Shown here in pieces: positions 53,646 through 64,000 of a stretch of 64,000 nucleotides of DNA; the stretch's first letter is position 1, and the number at the start of each line of letters is the position of its first letter. Source of the DNA: Octopus vulgaris (taxonomy: Eukaryota); contig OX597821.1 in the NCBI GenBank assembly GCA_951406725.2, forward strand, positions 83,266,001 to 83,330,000, written 5' to 3'. The position numbers and the translations under genes were made by a program. The notes beneath the pieces were generated by a model that saw only the letters and a program-made list of their open reading frames with translations, searched no databases and had not been told where the DNA came from.

Positions 53646-54894
53646 GCTAAGGAAAATTCGCTTTATCTCAAGAATATTCATTTGTACAGAGAACACGGGT
53701 GAGGTCTATCAATGAGAAGGGTGGATGCCCACACCTAAGAGCGGCCCTGAGCTAGAGAAGGGTGCGGATTAATGGCATGCGGTGGCCCACCTGACGGCGG
53801 AAGCGCGGTGAGGGGGAGAGAAATAGCTGAGCTTAGTCAATTAGAAAAGTAGATCACTGGGAAACTGCCGAGTGCATTCTATGTAGGGCAAGACAGCGCG
53901 AGGTGAACAACTTTCAAAGCTAGAGGTTTTTAGTTCAAGTTTAAGCACTGCGAATGGTTTCCTGATCATTGTTTTTTTTCTGTGTGTGTGTTTAAAATGG
54001 TGTGAAACAGGATGTTGTGATGATCATGCCTTTCTCTAGTGTATTGGTAATTTAAATGAAGTAGCTCCATCTTTAGTACCAGCTGTCAAACAAATCAACA
54101 AAAGTAAACTGTGTGTGTGTGTAGGTGAGTTTGGAATGTGTGTACGTGGATGAGCGTGGATGTCTAAGAGTGCTGCTGTGTGTTTGTGTGTCTTTGTGGG
54201 CGAGATATCGATGTTTGCATGTGGAAGTATTGTCGTTTTTTGCTTTTATACTATTTAGTTCCTGGTCGACTGTGAACGAGTAGAACTATGATCCCAGCTC
54301 GTTTCTCGAGCTATTAGGCTCATAAGGCCAATTATCCGGATTCTGTGCTGTATAGTCCTCTCGTCCAGCGTCCACACACTGGACGGGAAGTTGGTCCGTT
54401 ACAAGATTACTCTTTATTGCCAGCTGATTAGAACTGGAGCAATGTGAAATGAAGTGCACTCCCGCGAAGGGCTTAGTCGTTCATATCGACCCCAATATTT
54501 AGTGAACTTTAGCTCTTGTTTTATCGATCTGATTTATCAAACCGCTACGCAGGCATGGCTTATAAGCGCAGGCTTACCGTATGATTAAAGAACTCCATTT
54601 ACAAACAAGTGGAATCCCGTCGTCTACCTACGCGTGTGTCACTGTGTCTCTGTTTCTCTTCCTCCTCTCACACTGCTTGGCAACTAATATTGGTTAGTTT
54701 CCGTTCCAGTAACTTAGCGGTTCGGTAAAAAGAGTCCGATAATTACTAGATTTAAAACTATAAACACAAGAGCGATTTGTTTGACTAAAAAAAAACGGGC
54801 TTCTTTCAGTTTCCGTCTACCAAATCCACTCTCAAGTCTTTGGTCGGTCCGAGGCTACTGTAGAAGACACTTGCCCAAGGCAATATATATGTAA

Positions 54895-55130
54895 GGCGGT
54901 GAGCTGGCAGAAACATTAGCACGCCGGGCGAAATGCTGAGCGGTATTTCGTCTGTCTTTACGTTTTGAGTTCAAATTCCGCTGAGGTCCACTTTGCCTTT
55001 CATCCTTTCGAGTTCGATAGAATAAATACCAGTTACGCACTGGGGGTCAATATAGTCGACTTAATCCCTTTGTCCTTGTTTACCCCTCTATGTTTAGCCC
55101 CCCCCCCCCCGGTGGGCAATAAATAAATAT
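54895..55130 (+). mobile_element. Full-length SINE family B
   Basis: Matches 13399-13631. Confidence 0.8.
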
Positions 55131-56071
55131 ATATGAATGTATGTATTATGATGTGTGTGCGTTTCTGTGTCTGTGTTTCCCCCCTCCCCACCCCCACACA
55201 CAATGTTTAACAACCGGTGTTGATGTGTTTATGTCCCCCGTAAGGTAGCGGTTTGGGTAAAAGAGACGGACAGAATAAGTATTAGGTTTAAAAAACAATA
55301 AGTCCTGGGGTCGATTTATTCAGTTAAATCCCTTCAAGGGGGTGCTCCAGCATGGCCGTAGTCACATGACTGAAACAAGTAAAAGTATATATCAGGGTAT
55401 CAGGGTAGACCGTCACGCAGACAAATAGTGAGAGAAGGGTACTGGAGACGATAGACAGCCATGTAGAAGAAGAAAAGTATGGGTACTTATTCAAATAGTT
55501 ACCCCTAATTACCCCAAACAAGGTACCGAATTCCCATCCCACCACACATGTGCTAGCACATACACTCCTACACCCACCTTATGTGCACCCTCATACACAC
55601 CCTTTTGCACCGTATTGTCATCACTTCCTCTCCTCCCCCACACTGTATCTCTTTTCAGCAATCACCTGAGACCCCCTACCCCATTCTAGCAAGCCACACC
55701 ACCCACACACGAACCCGACACTCCATTGTCATCACCAGAATCAGCATCAGTATCACCACCACCGCCACCACCACTACTACCACCACTACAATCACCAGCT
55801 GCGATACCACCAATCCATCATCACCACCACCACCACCACCACCACCATCATCACCAACCGACAAGAACCGACATCACCAGCACCAGCACCCCCACCATCA
55901 TCATCATCATCATCATCACCACCACCACCACCACCCACACTTATAAGGACCCACCGTGACTTCAAAGAATTCTGATTACTTCCTCCCTGTTAGTGTAGAT
56001 TTCAACCCCTAAAAACCTCTCCTGCCTACACGCTGAAGGGATGGGAGACGGCAGTTTAGCAGCAGCAGTTT

Positions 56072-56106
<35 letters not shown>

Positions 56107-56143
56107 TAGTACTAGTAGTAGTAGTACTAGTAGTAGTAGTAAT

Positions 56144-56430
56144 GGAAAGACTTCCCCCACCGTTTTCTTGCAATTTATTGGGTTTTTTTCTCATTTCTTT
56201 TGGCCAAAACCCCACGATTTCGGATACGGAGATTCCGGGAAAAAAATTCTGAAAAAAGTTTTAAAATGAAGAATTGGGAAAGGGTTGGGGTATTTGAAAA
56301 TGCCGATTTTTGCCAATTATTTTTGCGGATTCGTATTCTCCGTAGCCGAAAACGGGGGTTTGTGTAGAAAAAAAATTAATCATAAAACAAAGGGGGTGTT
56401 TTTTGGTGAGGTACAAACGGAAGTCTTTCC
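56144..56430. mobile_element. MITE with 12-bp perfect TIR inside a (TAG)n tract
   Basis: ggaaagacttcc / ggaagtctttcc. Confidence 0.55.
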
Positions 56431-57283
56431 TTAGTAGTAGTAGCAGCAGGAGCAGCAACGTACTGGTTTTGGTTGTAAGCCGCATAGAACAACAGCGAAG
56501 TTTTACAGTGCTAGATCTTAATTTTTTGTCTTATCTTTTTCCTTGTTTCAGTAATTGGATGGTGGCCATGCTGGAGCATCGCATTAAAAATTTTTGTCGA
56601 AGAAAAAAAAAAAATCACCGCCAGTACTTATTCTAAAATCTGGCACTTATTCTATTGGTCGCTTTTTACCGTACTTACGGGGACACAAACAAATCAACAC
56701 CGGTTGTCAGATGGTGAACTGGAACAAACATACGCACACACACACATACACACACGCACGCGCGCACAGAGTATTATTCTATCAGCTTGCTTCGGCCAGA
56801 GGCTGTGGCCAAACTGGGGCACTGCCATCCGCGTTAATGCTGCTTTATTTTAGACTCACTTCCTGGTCCTGTCTCCGGAATCAGTCATAGAGAAGTAGTG
56901 AGGTGGTCAGAGCAGCCATCCTTTGCGTTTCTTGCCGTGATGTGCCTTCAAGAAACTTGGTTCCCAATCACGTGGTTTCAGGTTCAGTTTTACTGCTGCG
57001 GCGCCTTCTGAGTGGATTTGGCTGATGGAAACTGTGTGGAATCCCGTCAAAAAAATATGTGCGCATATACTTGTATTTCTACCACCACCAAACGCTTGAC
57101 AACTTGTGTTAGTTTGTTTACGTCACCAGCGTGGGTGTGTAGTAAGGAGCCTACTTCCCAGCCATATGGTTCCAGGTTCAGTCCCACTGCGTAGCACCTT
57201 GGGCATTTATCTTCTGCTATAGCTTCGGCCCGACCAAAGCCTCGTGAATGGATCTGGTAGACGGAAACTACAAGATTCCCGTC

Positions 57284-57327
<44 letters not shown>

Positions 57328-57374
57328 CAATAATAAATCTCTGAACGAGATGTAAACAGTAACTGCGCGACAAC

Positions 57375-57720
57375 GTAAAGTATACTAGCCATCTCAATAT
57401 GGCTAACCACTTAGGGTGGGTGTTACTGTAGCTTTTAGCCCCAGGAGATCATCGTCTCCAGCTAGCTTTAGGCACACTTTCTGTGCTCTTATGGTTTTCG
57501 AAAACCGGTGATTGTCGTACGCCGAAGACAGGCAAATACCTAGAAACTGCAGTCCGTGCGTATCACTTAGGTTGACGAGGGAGGGATGACCTCCCTTTGC
57601 AAATACCATAAGGGCACAGAAAGTGTGCCTAAAGCCAGCTGGAGACGATGATCTCCTGGGGCTAAAAGCTACAGTAACACCCACCCTTTGTGGTTAGCCA
57701 TATTGAGATGGCTAGTATAC

Positions 57721-57725
<5 letters not shown>
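57375..57725. mobile_element. Foldback element: ~121-bp near-perfect inverted arms, ~109-bp spacer
   Basis: 57375-57495 is the reverse complement of 57605-57725 with few mismatches. Confidence 0.85.
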
Positions 57726-57815
<90 letters not shown>

Positions 57816-60149
57816 ACGAATGTTCAACTTGTAACCGATTTTGTCTTTCAGTCTCTCGGCAATATGTGTTCTAACGTAAACAGAGAAGTTTTGGTATTGA
57901 TGCTGGAATGTATCATTACCAAACTTCTGTTTTATTTTATTGCTGAGCCTTTGGTTAATACCGATTTTCTGCAGAGTTTGCTCTTTCAGTTTCTGCATAC
58001 TGAAGACGGAATTTTCCCCAATTTTTCAAAATAGATGTTATTTGTAGATTCTGGTGATTTATTTTAGATAAAACGAACTTACAGAGATTCCAATTCCTGA
58101 ACTGCAGTTTCGACTGTTAGAAGAACTACCCTTCGAAAGTGTAAAATTCGGAATTGTGACGGTATAAACATTTTTATATTAGTTTAATATTTAAAATTTT
58201 GGTACAAGGCCAGCAATTTCTTGGGAGGGAGTAAGTCGATTGTATCGATCCTAATGCTCAACTGGTACTTATTGCATTGGCCTCGAAAGGATGACAGGTA
58301 AAGTCGACCTCGGTGACATTTGAACTCAGAACATGAAGACGGACGAAATGTCGCTCAGCATTTTGCCCGGCCTGCTAATGATTCCGCCAGCTCGCCGCCT
58401 TATATAAACATTCTAATACTGATTTCAAGTTTTGGCACAGGGCCAGCAATTTCGAGGAAGAAGCTAAGTCGATTACATTGGCCTTATTATTCAACTGGTA
58501 CTTATTTTATCGACCGCGAAAGGATAAAAGGCAAAGACGACCTCGGCGCCATTTGAACTCAGAACACGAAGACGGATGATCAAAGATGAAAGTGTTAGTC
58601 TGGTAAATCAACAAAGATTTACATCCAAAGGACATATTTGTGGACGTACATTATGTTATATAACAAACAATAAGTGTTTTTTCCAACCACATGATTCCGG
58701 ATTCGGTTCCACTGCGTAGTTCCTTGAGTTATTGTTTTCTACTATGACCCCGCATTGTGGGACTGAACCCGAAACTACGTGATTGCAAAGTAAGCTTCTT
58801 AATCACAACAGTAAATAATATCAGTTACTTACATAGATAGCATGTTTTAAAAATTTCTGATTTTTGGTGATGTTAGCGACATCTGTTTGATAAATACACA
58901 GACGAGATTAAATGTAGTAAAAGTTGTTCCAACTGAGACCATCCTGCCCTTTTTTATTCAGTGTAAAATATAGAACTACATATATGTTTATTTTACCCAG
59001 TGTGTCCTCCTTTATTCAAGACAGTACAGTGTGATTTGAGGAAGATTTGGCTGCTATTTTTAGTTGGTCGAGTGATTGCATATTGGACAAGCGCACAGGC
59101 CTATATTATTGATCTGAAAGGAAGTGAGGACGCAGGAACGTCTGGCAAACTATATATATACACAGTTCCCTCTCTCAACTGCTTGTGCCACCACAACCAC
59201 CACCACTATCACCACTACTACGACTGCTGTTATCCTAGACTCGAACAGACCGATTCAATCACGCGGTGTCCAGACAAATTGTCGCGGAAAAACAAGTCAC
59301 ATTTATTCAAACGCTATAAACAATTAAAGTAAATATATATTGAATCAATTATTAACTGACAGTGCATGACTTGTGCAAAATTTATATATGATGGCGTTTA
59401 CACGTGTGAGAGAAAAAAACCCCAACACAAAACAAAAATAAAAGGCACTTTTATTCAATTCTTAAGTGAAAATAAGACAATGAAACAAAGAATTTCAATG
59501 ACTTCTTTCCTGTGACTTTTTTTTCTTTTCTGGATTCAATCACGTACACACACCGACCGAAGATTATATACAGACATAAAGATACGTATACAAAACGAAC
59601 GTACACGTTTAGTTTGCCACTTAACCTCTGACCTTTCAACAAGCTGTTGAAAGGCTACGGGTGGTACAGGTGGTACTGCGGCCACCCTTCGAGATGGCGT
59701 GGGAAACTTCAATGGATCTGGTGGGAAAAGGGTGAGGTAGATGTAGCTTTTTAATTGTCTTAATGATTCCGCGAGAATCATCTTTTACCGGTTATCTTTT
59801 TCTTGTTTCAGTCATTGAGCTGTGGTCATACTGGAGCATCACCTCGAAAGGTTTAGTTCGAATTGATCGACCCCAGTACTTGTTATTGTTTTTCAAGTTT
59901 GGGGCTTATTTTATCGAGGTTTTCTGGTAAACGGGTAAGTTACGGGGACCTAAACCATTACCTGCACATGTGCACACATACGCACACATACCTGTACATG
60001 TGCACACCTGCACATGTGCACACATACGCACACACACACACATATATATGTGTGTGTGAGTGTGTGTGCGTGTGTGTGTTTACTTGTCCTCTTTTCTATT
60101 TTTTCTTGTTGTTTACGTATTTCATGTTATTTGCACCGTTGCAGACACC

Positions 60150-60295
60150 CTGTACCCGACGTGTCCATGTGACAAACACTCGCGGACATGCTTATAAAAT
60201 CAAAAAAACAAAGCAGCACCCATGATTTTCGGAAACATTTTTTTCACGCTCAGAATTGCTGAAGCATGGAATAAACTTCATGGAATAAACTGGTC
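60150..60295 (+). mobile_element. CR1-clade 3' fragment
   Basis: TNTRGHAYKI...DFRKHFFTLRIAEAWNKL. Confidence 0.7.
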
Positions 60296-61346
60296 ATCCC
60301 AAAGGCTGGATCTTCTTTTTCAGGACCAGAAAATGTTTTAACCCCTAGCAATTGCTGACACTCTTCAAAGCTCGGCTGAGGCCTATATTAGAGATCGGCT
60401 CCCACACCTTGGATGCTGTTGCTACGTATTCACAGATGCACAAACAGAACACATAGAAAGGTAATGGCCAACGCCTCTTATTCCAGACCTACCTAAATGA
60501 AAAAATAAAGAACTCAGGTATGATTGTGAGGTTAGACGTTTGCTTCCCAACCACATGGTTCCGGGTTTGGTCCCACAGCATCATAGCACCTTGGGCAAGT
60601 GTCTTCTACTATAACCTTGGACCAACCAAAGTTTTGTGACTGGATTTGGTAAACTGACAGAAGCCCGTCGTATGTATGTGTGCATGGATATGTATGTATG
60701 TATGTATGTATATTTGTGTGTATGTATGTATGTATGTATGTATGTATGTATGTATGTATGTATGTATGTATGTATGTGTGAGTGTTTGTGTGTGTGTGCA
60801 CTCCCCTCAACCGTTTGACAACCCATGATGAATTATTTAGATCCACGTAACTTAGTGGTTTGGCAAAAGACACCGATAGAATAAGTACCAGACTTAAAAA
60901 GAAGTACTGGGGTTGATTTGTTCCCCCGCGACCCTCCAGGGTGGTGCCCCAGATTGACTGCAGCCCAATGACTGAAACAAGTAAAACGAACCCCGGGAAT
61001 ATGGAAGGCAAAGTAGACTTCAGTTGAATTTGAACTGTGTAATGTAAATAATCGTACTTTAAAAAAATGCGATGTGCGTTTTTTGTCCGACTCTCCACGA
61101 ACCCTGTTATCCACTACCCGACTTGGCTTCTAAGTAATGGTTTCAAATTTTGGTACAAGGGCAGTAATTTCGGGGCTAAGCCGATTACATCGACTCCAGT
61201 GCTTAGCTGGTAATTATTTTATCAACCCCGAAAGGATGAAAGGCAAAGTCGACCTCGGCGAAATTTGAACTCAGAACGTGCAGGCGGGCGAATTGCCGCT
61301 GAGCATTTTGCCCGGCATGCTAACGATTCTGCCAGCTCGCAGCCTT

Positions 61347-61682
61347 GAGACCCCCCTTCGGTCATGAATGACCATGGAATTGCACCTAGAAAGTTACCCT
61401 CCCAGGCACAAGTCCGGGCAAGGTTGTTTATGGCAGACCAGCAGTCGCCCATGCATACCAGCCTCCTCTCTCCATGCCACTGATGTTATCCAAGGGAAAG
61501 GCAAAGGGGCCGATACAGCTTGGCACCAGTGATGTCGCAACTCATTTCTACAGCTGAGTGAACTGGAGCAACGTGAAATAAAGTGTTTTGCTCAAGAACA
61601 CAACACGCAGCCCGGTCCGGAATTCGAACTCACAATCTCACGATCGTAAGCTCGACGCTCTAACCACTGAGCCATGCGCCTT
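61347..61682 (-). mobile_element. Full-length CORE-like SINE (family C, tail type 1) inserted into a family B SINE
   Basis: 14-bp TSD cagctcgca(g/a)cctt at 61333-61346 and 61683-61696. Confidence 0.85.
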
Positions 61683-62404
61683 CAGCTCGCAACCTTACTA
61701 CTCTTATAAATAATAATATTTAAAAATACACGGGTTTAACAACCGAAGGATCATAGTTTCGACTTCTTTGGGTATCAATTATCTGGAGCAAGGCTACACA
61801 AATTATACATTTTGAATGTATTACGTAAGATTTTTAATAGATAAAGTCTGGTTTGACTTTCTTTGCTTCCTTGCATCAGAAACATTTGTTGTAAAGTAAA
61901 GTATATTTATAAAAACATATAAGATACATATTATCAAAAGCGGTTCCTAATTATTTGACACGCTTTCGTTTAGCCTAATTTTTGGAATACTAAAACAAAC
62001 CCCGTTTCACAGAGCAGTGATAATCTCATTGTATCAGGTCAGTGTACTTATCATTGCAAAGGTTAATTTATCGTTGATACTAATAGCTTATTATCATCGC
62101 AAATAACTTAACGGTTGTCACAGATCACTTGAGATTGCAGTTGTTATAATAGCGACTGTTTCAAGATTCAGGTTAAATAATTCTAACAATTTATGTTTCA
62201 ATATTGAGAATAGGTAAAGGCAGCGAGCTGACAGAAACGTTAGCACGCCGGGCGAAATATTCCTGGGTATTTTGTATTTTACAGACTAAAACAAAATTTT
62301 CAAAACAAATATTCAATAAAATTTGCTGAGGCCGACTTTGCCTTTCATCCTTTCTGGGTCGATAAATTAAGTACTTCCAAAATTTCGGGCCTTGTGTTAT
62401 TGGT

Positions 62405-62910
62405 GAGAATTTAGGTGTAGGGATTATGGTTAGTGACAGGGTTTATGTCCAGTGTTATATTTAGGGTTAGGATTAGAGTTAGGGTTTAGGGTAAGCGTTA
62501 GGATCCAGGGATTAAGTTTGTGCTTAGGGGCTTGGTTATGTTTAGAGGTTAGGGTTTTGAGTTAAGGTTAAGGTTAGGGTTTCAGAGGTAAGAAATGAGG
62601 GTTATTGTTAGGGCTTACTGATGAGAGTTTAGGTGTAGGGGTTATGACAAGTGTTAGGGTTTATGGTCAGCGTTATATTCAGGGTTAGGACTAGAAATAG
62701 GGCTTGTGATTAACGTTAGGATATAGGGGTTAAGGTTATGATCAGGGGTTAGGTTGTGTTTAAAGTTAGTGTTAGAAGTTAGGGTTAGTGTTAGGGTTTA
62801 GTGTTAGCGCTGGGTTTAAAATTAATGTATTTTGATTTAGGTTAGAGTTGTTTAATGTTCGGTGTAGGGTTAGGGCTAGAACTCGAATTCGGTGTAGAGT
62901 TAGGGTCGGT
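62405..62910 (+). repeat. Degenerate (TTAGGG)n-like array with a ~218-bp higher-order repeat
   Basis: Many ttaggg/ttagag/ttagtg hexamers; gaga(a/g)tttaggtgtaggg recurs at 62405 and 62623. Confidence 0.75.
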
Positions 62911-62987
62911 GACGACTGGAACGCTTTTAAATTATGCTAATTGATCGGTTAGTTTATACTAATTTGAAAAATTTATAATTCCTTAAA

Positions 62988-63072
62988 GAGATATGTTTAG
63001 ATATGCAAATGAGATATGTCTAGATATGCAAATATGAGATATCTCTAGATATGCAAATGAGATATGTCTAAG
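62988..63072. repeat. ~23-bp minisatellite (gagatatgtctagatatgcaaat) x3.5
   Basis: Direct inspection. Confidence 0.85.
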
Positions 63073-63394
63073 TATGGATGAAGCGGTTATAAAAACCCAT
63101 TTTGAAGTGAGAAAACGTCTTGGGGCGAAAAAAAAAGTAGCAGTAGTGAGGAATATGGAGAATGTAGTGGGGAAAGCATTAGGGAAATTGTGATAAAAAT
63201 GCCAGTCTGGAGGGAAAATATTGCAGGGAGTCTTGATGATGAATAAATTGCAGGATATAACGAGTGGTCAGTGATGGAGCGCTTGCGTTTTCTTCTCTCA
63301 GCACCGGAAATGAGGAAGTATATCAGATCCTTAGATGAAAGGCAGGGTTTACGTATGTGTACATGTAGATGTGTGTGATGTATGCGTATACACT

Positions 63395-63404
<10 letters not shown>

Positions 63405-63493
<89 letters not shown>

Positions 63494-63564
63494 GTATATA
63501 TATATATGTATATATGTATATATATATATGTATGTATATATATGTATATATATATATGTGTATA

Positions 63565-63625
<61 letters not shown>
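63405..63625. repeat. (TA)n microsatellite
   Basis: Direct inspection. Confidence 0.95.
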
Positions 63626-63631
<6 letters not shown>

Positions 63632-63758
63632 ATGTTTGCTTCCCAACCACATGGTTTCAGGTTCAGTCTCACTGCGTTGCATCTTCGGCAAGTGTATTCT
63701 CTGGGGCGGCCAAAGACTTTTGAATGGATTTGGCAGACGAGAACTGAAAGAAGCCCGT

Positions 63759-63813
<55 letters not shown>

Positions 63814-64000
63814 CTTTGAGTCCGTGTGTTTCCCCACCACTTAACAACCGGTGTTGGTTTGTTATCTTCCCCAGAATTTAGCAGTTCAGCAAAAATGACC
63901 GATAGAAAACCAAGTACAAGGCTTAAAGATATAAATAAGTCTTGGGATCGATTCGCTCGGCTAAAACTCTTCAAAGCGTTGCTCCAGCATGGCTACAGTG

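Noticed and set aside
63087-63350. Possible Penelope-like relic on the minus strand
   Set aside because: Resemblance too degenerate to support by eye

Overview
Repeat-saturated, AT-rich eukaryotic non-coding DNA. The tRNA-derived SINE families, dense microsatellites and LINE types resemble an octopus (coleoid cephalopod) genome; this is inferred from pattern recall, not a database search. No host protein-coding gene can be supported, and most listed ORFs are microsatellite or SINE translation artefacts. The window holds dozens of SINEs from at least three modular families. It also holds relics of R4/Dong, CRE, CR1, L1/Tx1 and RTE non-LTR retrotransposons, including one young RTE insertion with an open frame and a target-site duplication (TSD). 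DNA elements include mariner, hAT and Merlin elements, three non-autonomous Helitrons with variable cargo and a ~350 bp foldback. There is also a ~1.1 kb local duplication and a degenerate TTAGGG array. The most interesting signals are: (i) apparently microsatellite-targeted non-autonomous retroelements in (TAA)n and (TATC)n, (ii) SINE tails matching local LINE-type 3' ends, (iii) Helitron cargo exchange with the foldback element, and (iv) a compact CRE/CCAAT/Inr promoter candidate near 48.6 kb followed by a pre-miRNA-sized hairpin. No clearly new biological system is demonstrated; the findings are hypotheses to test.
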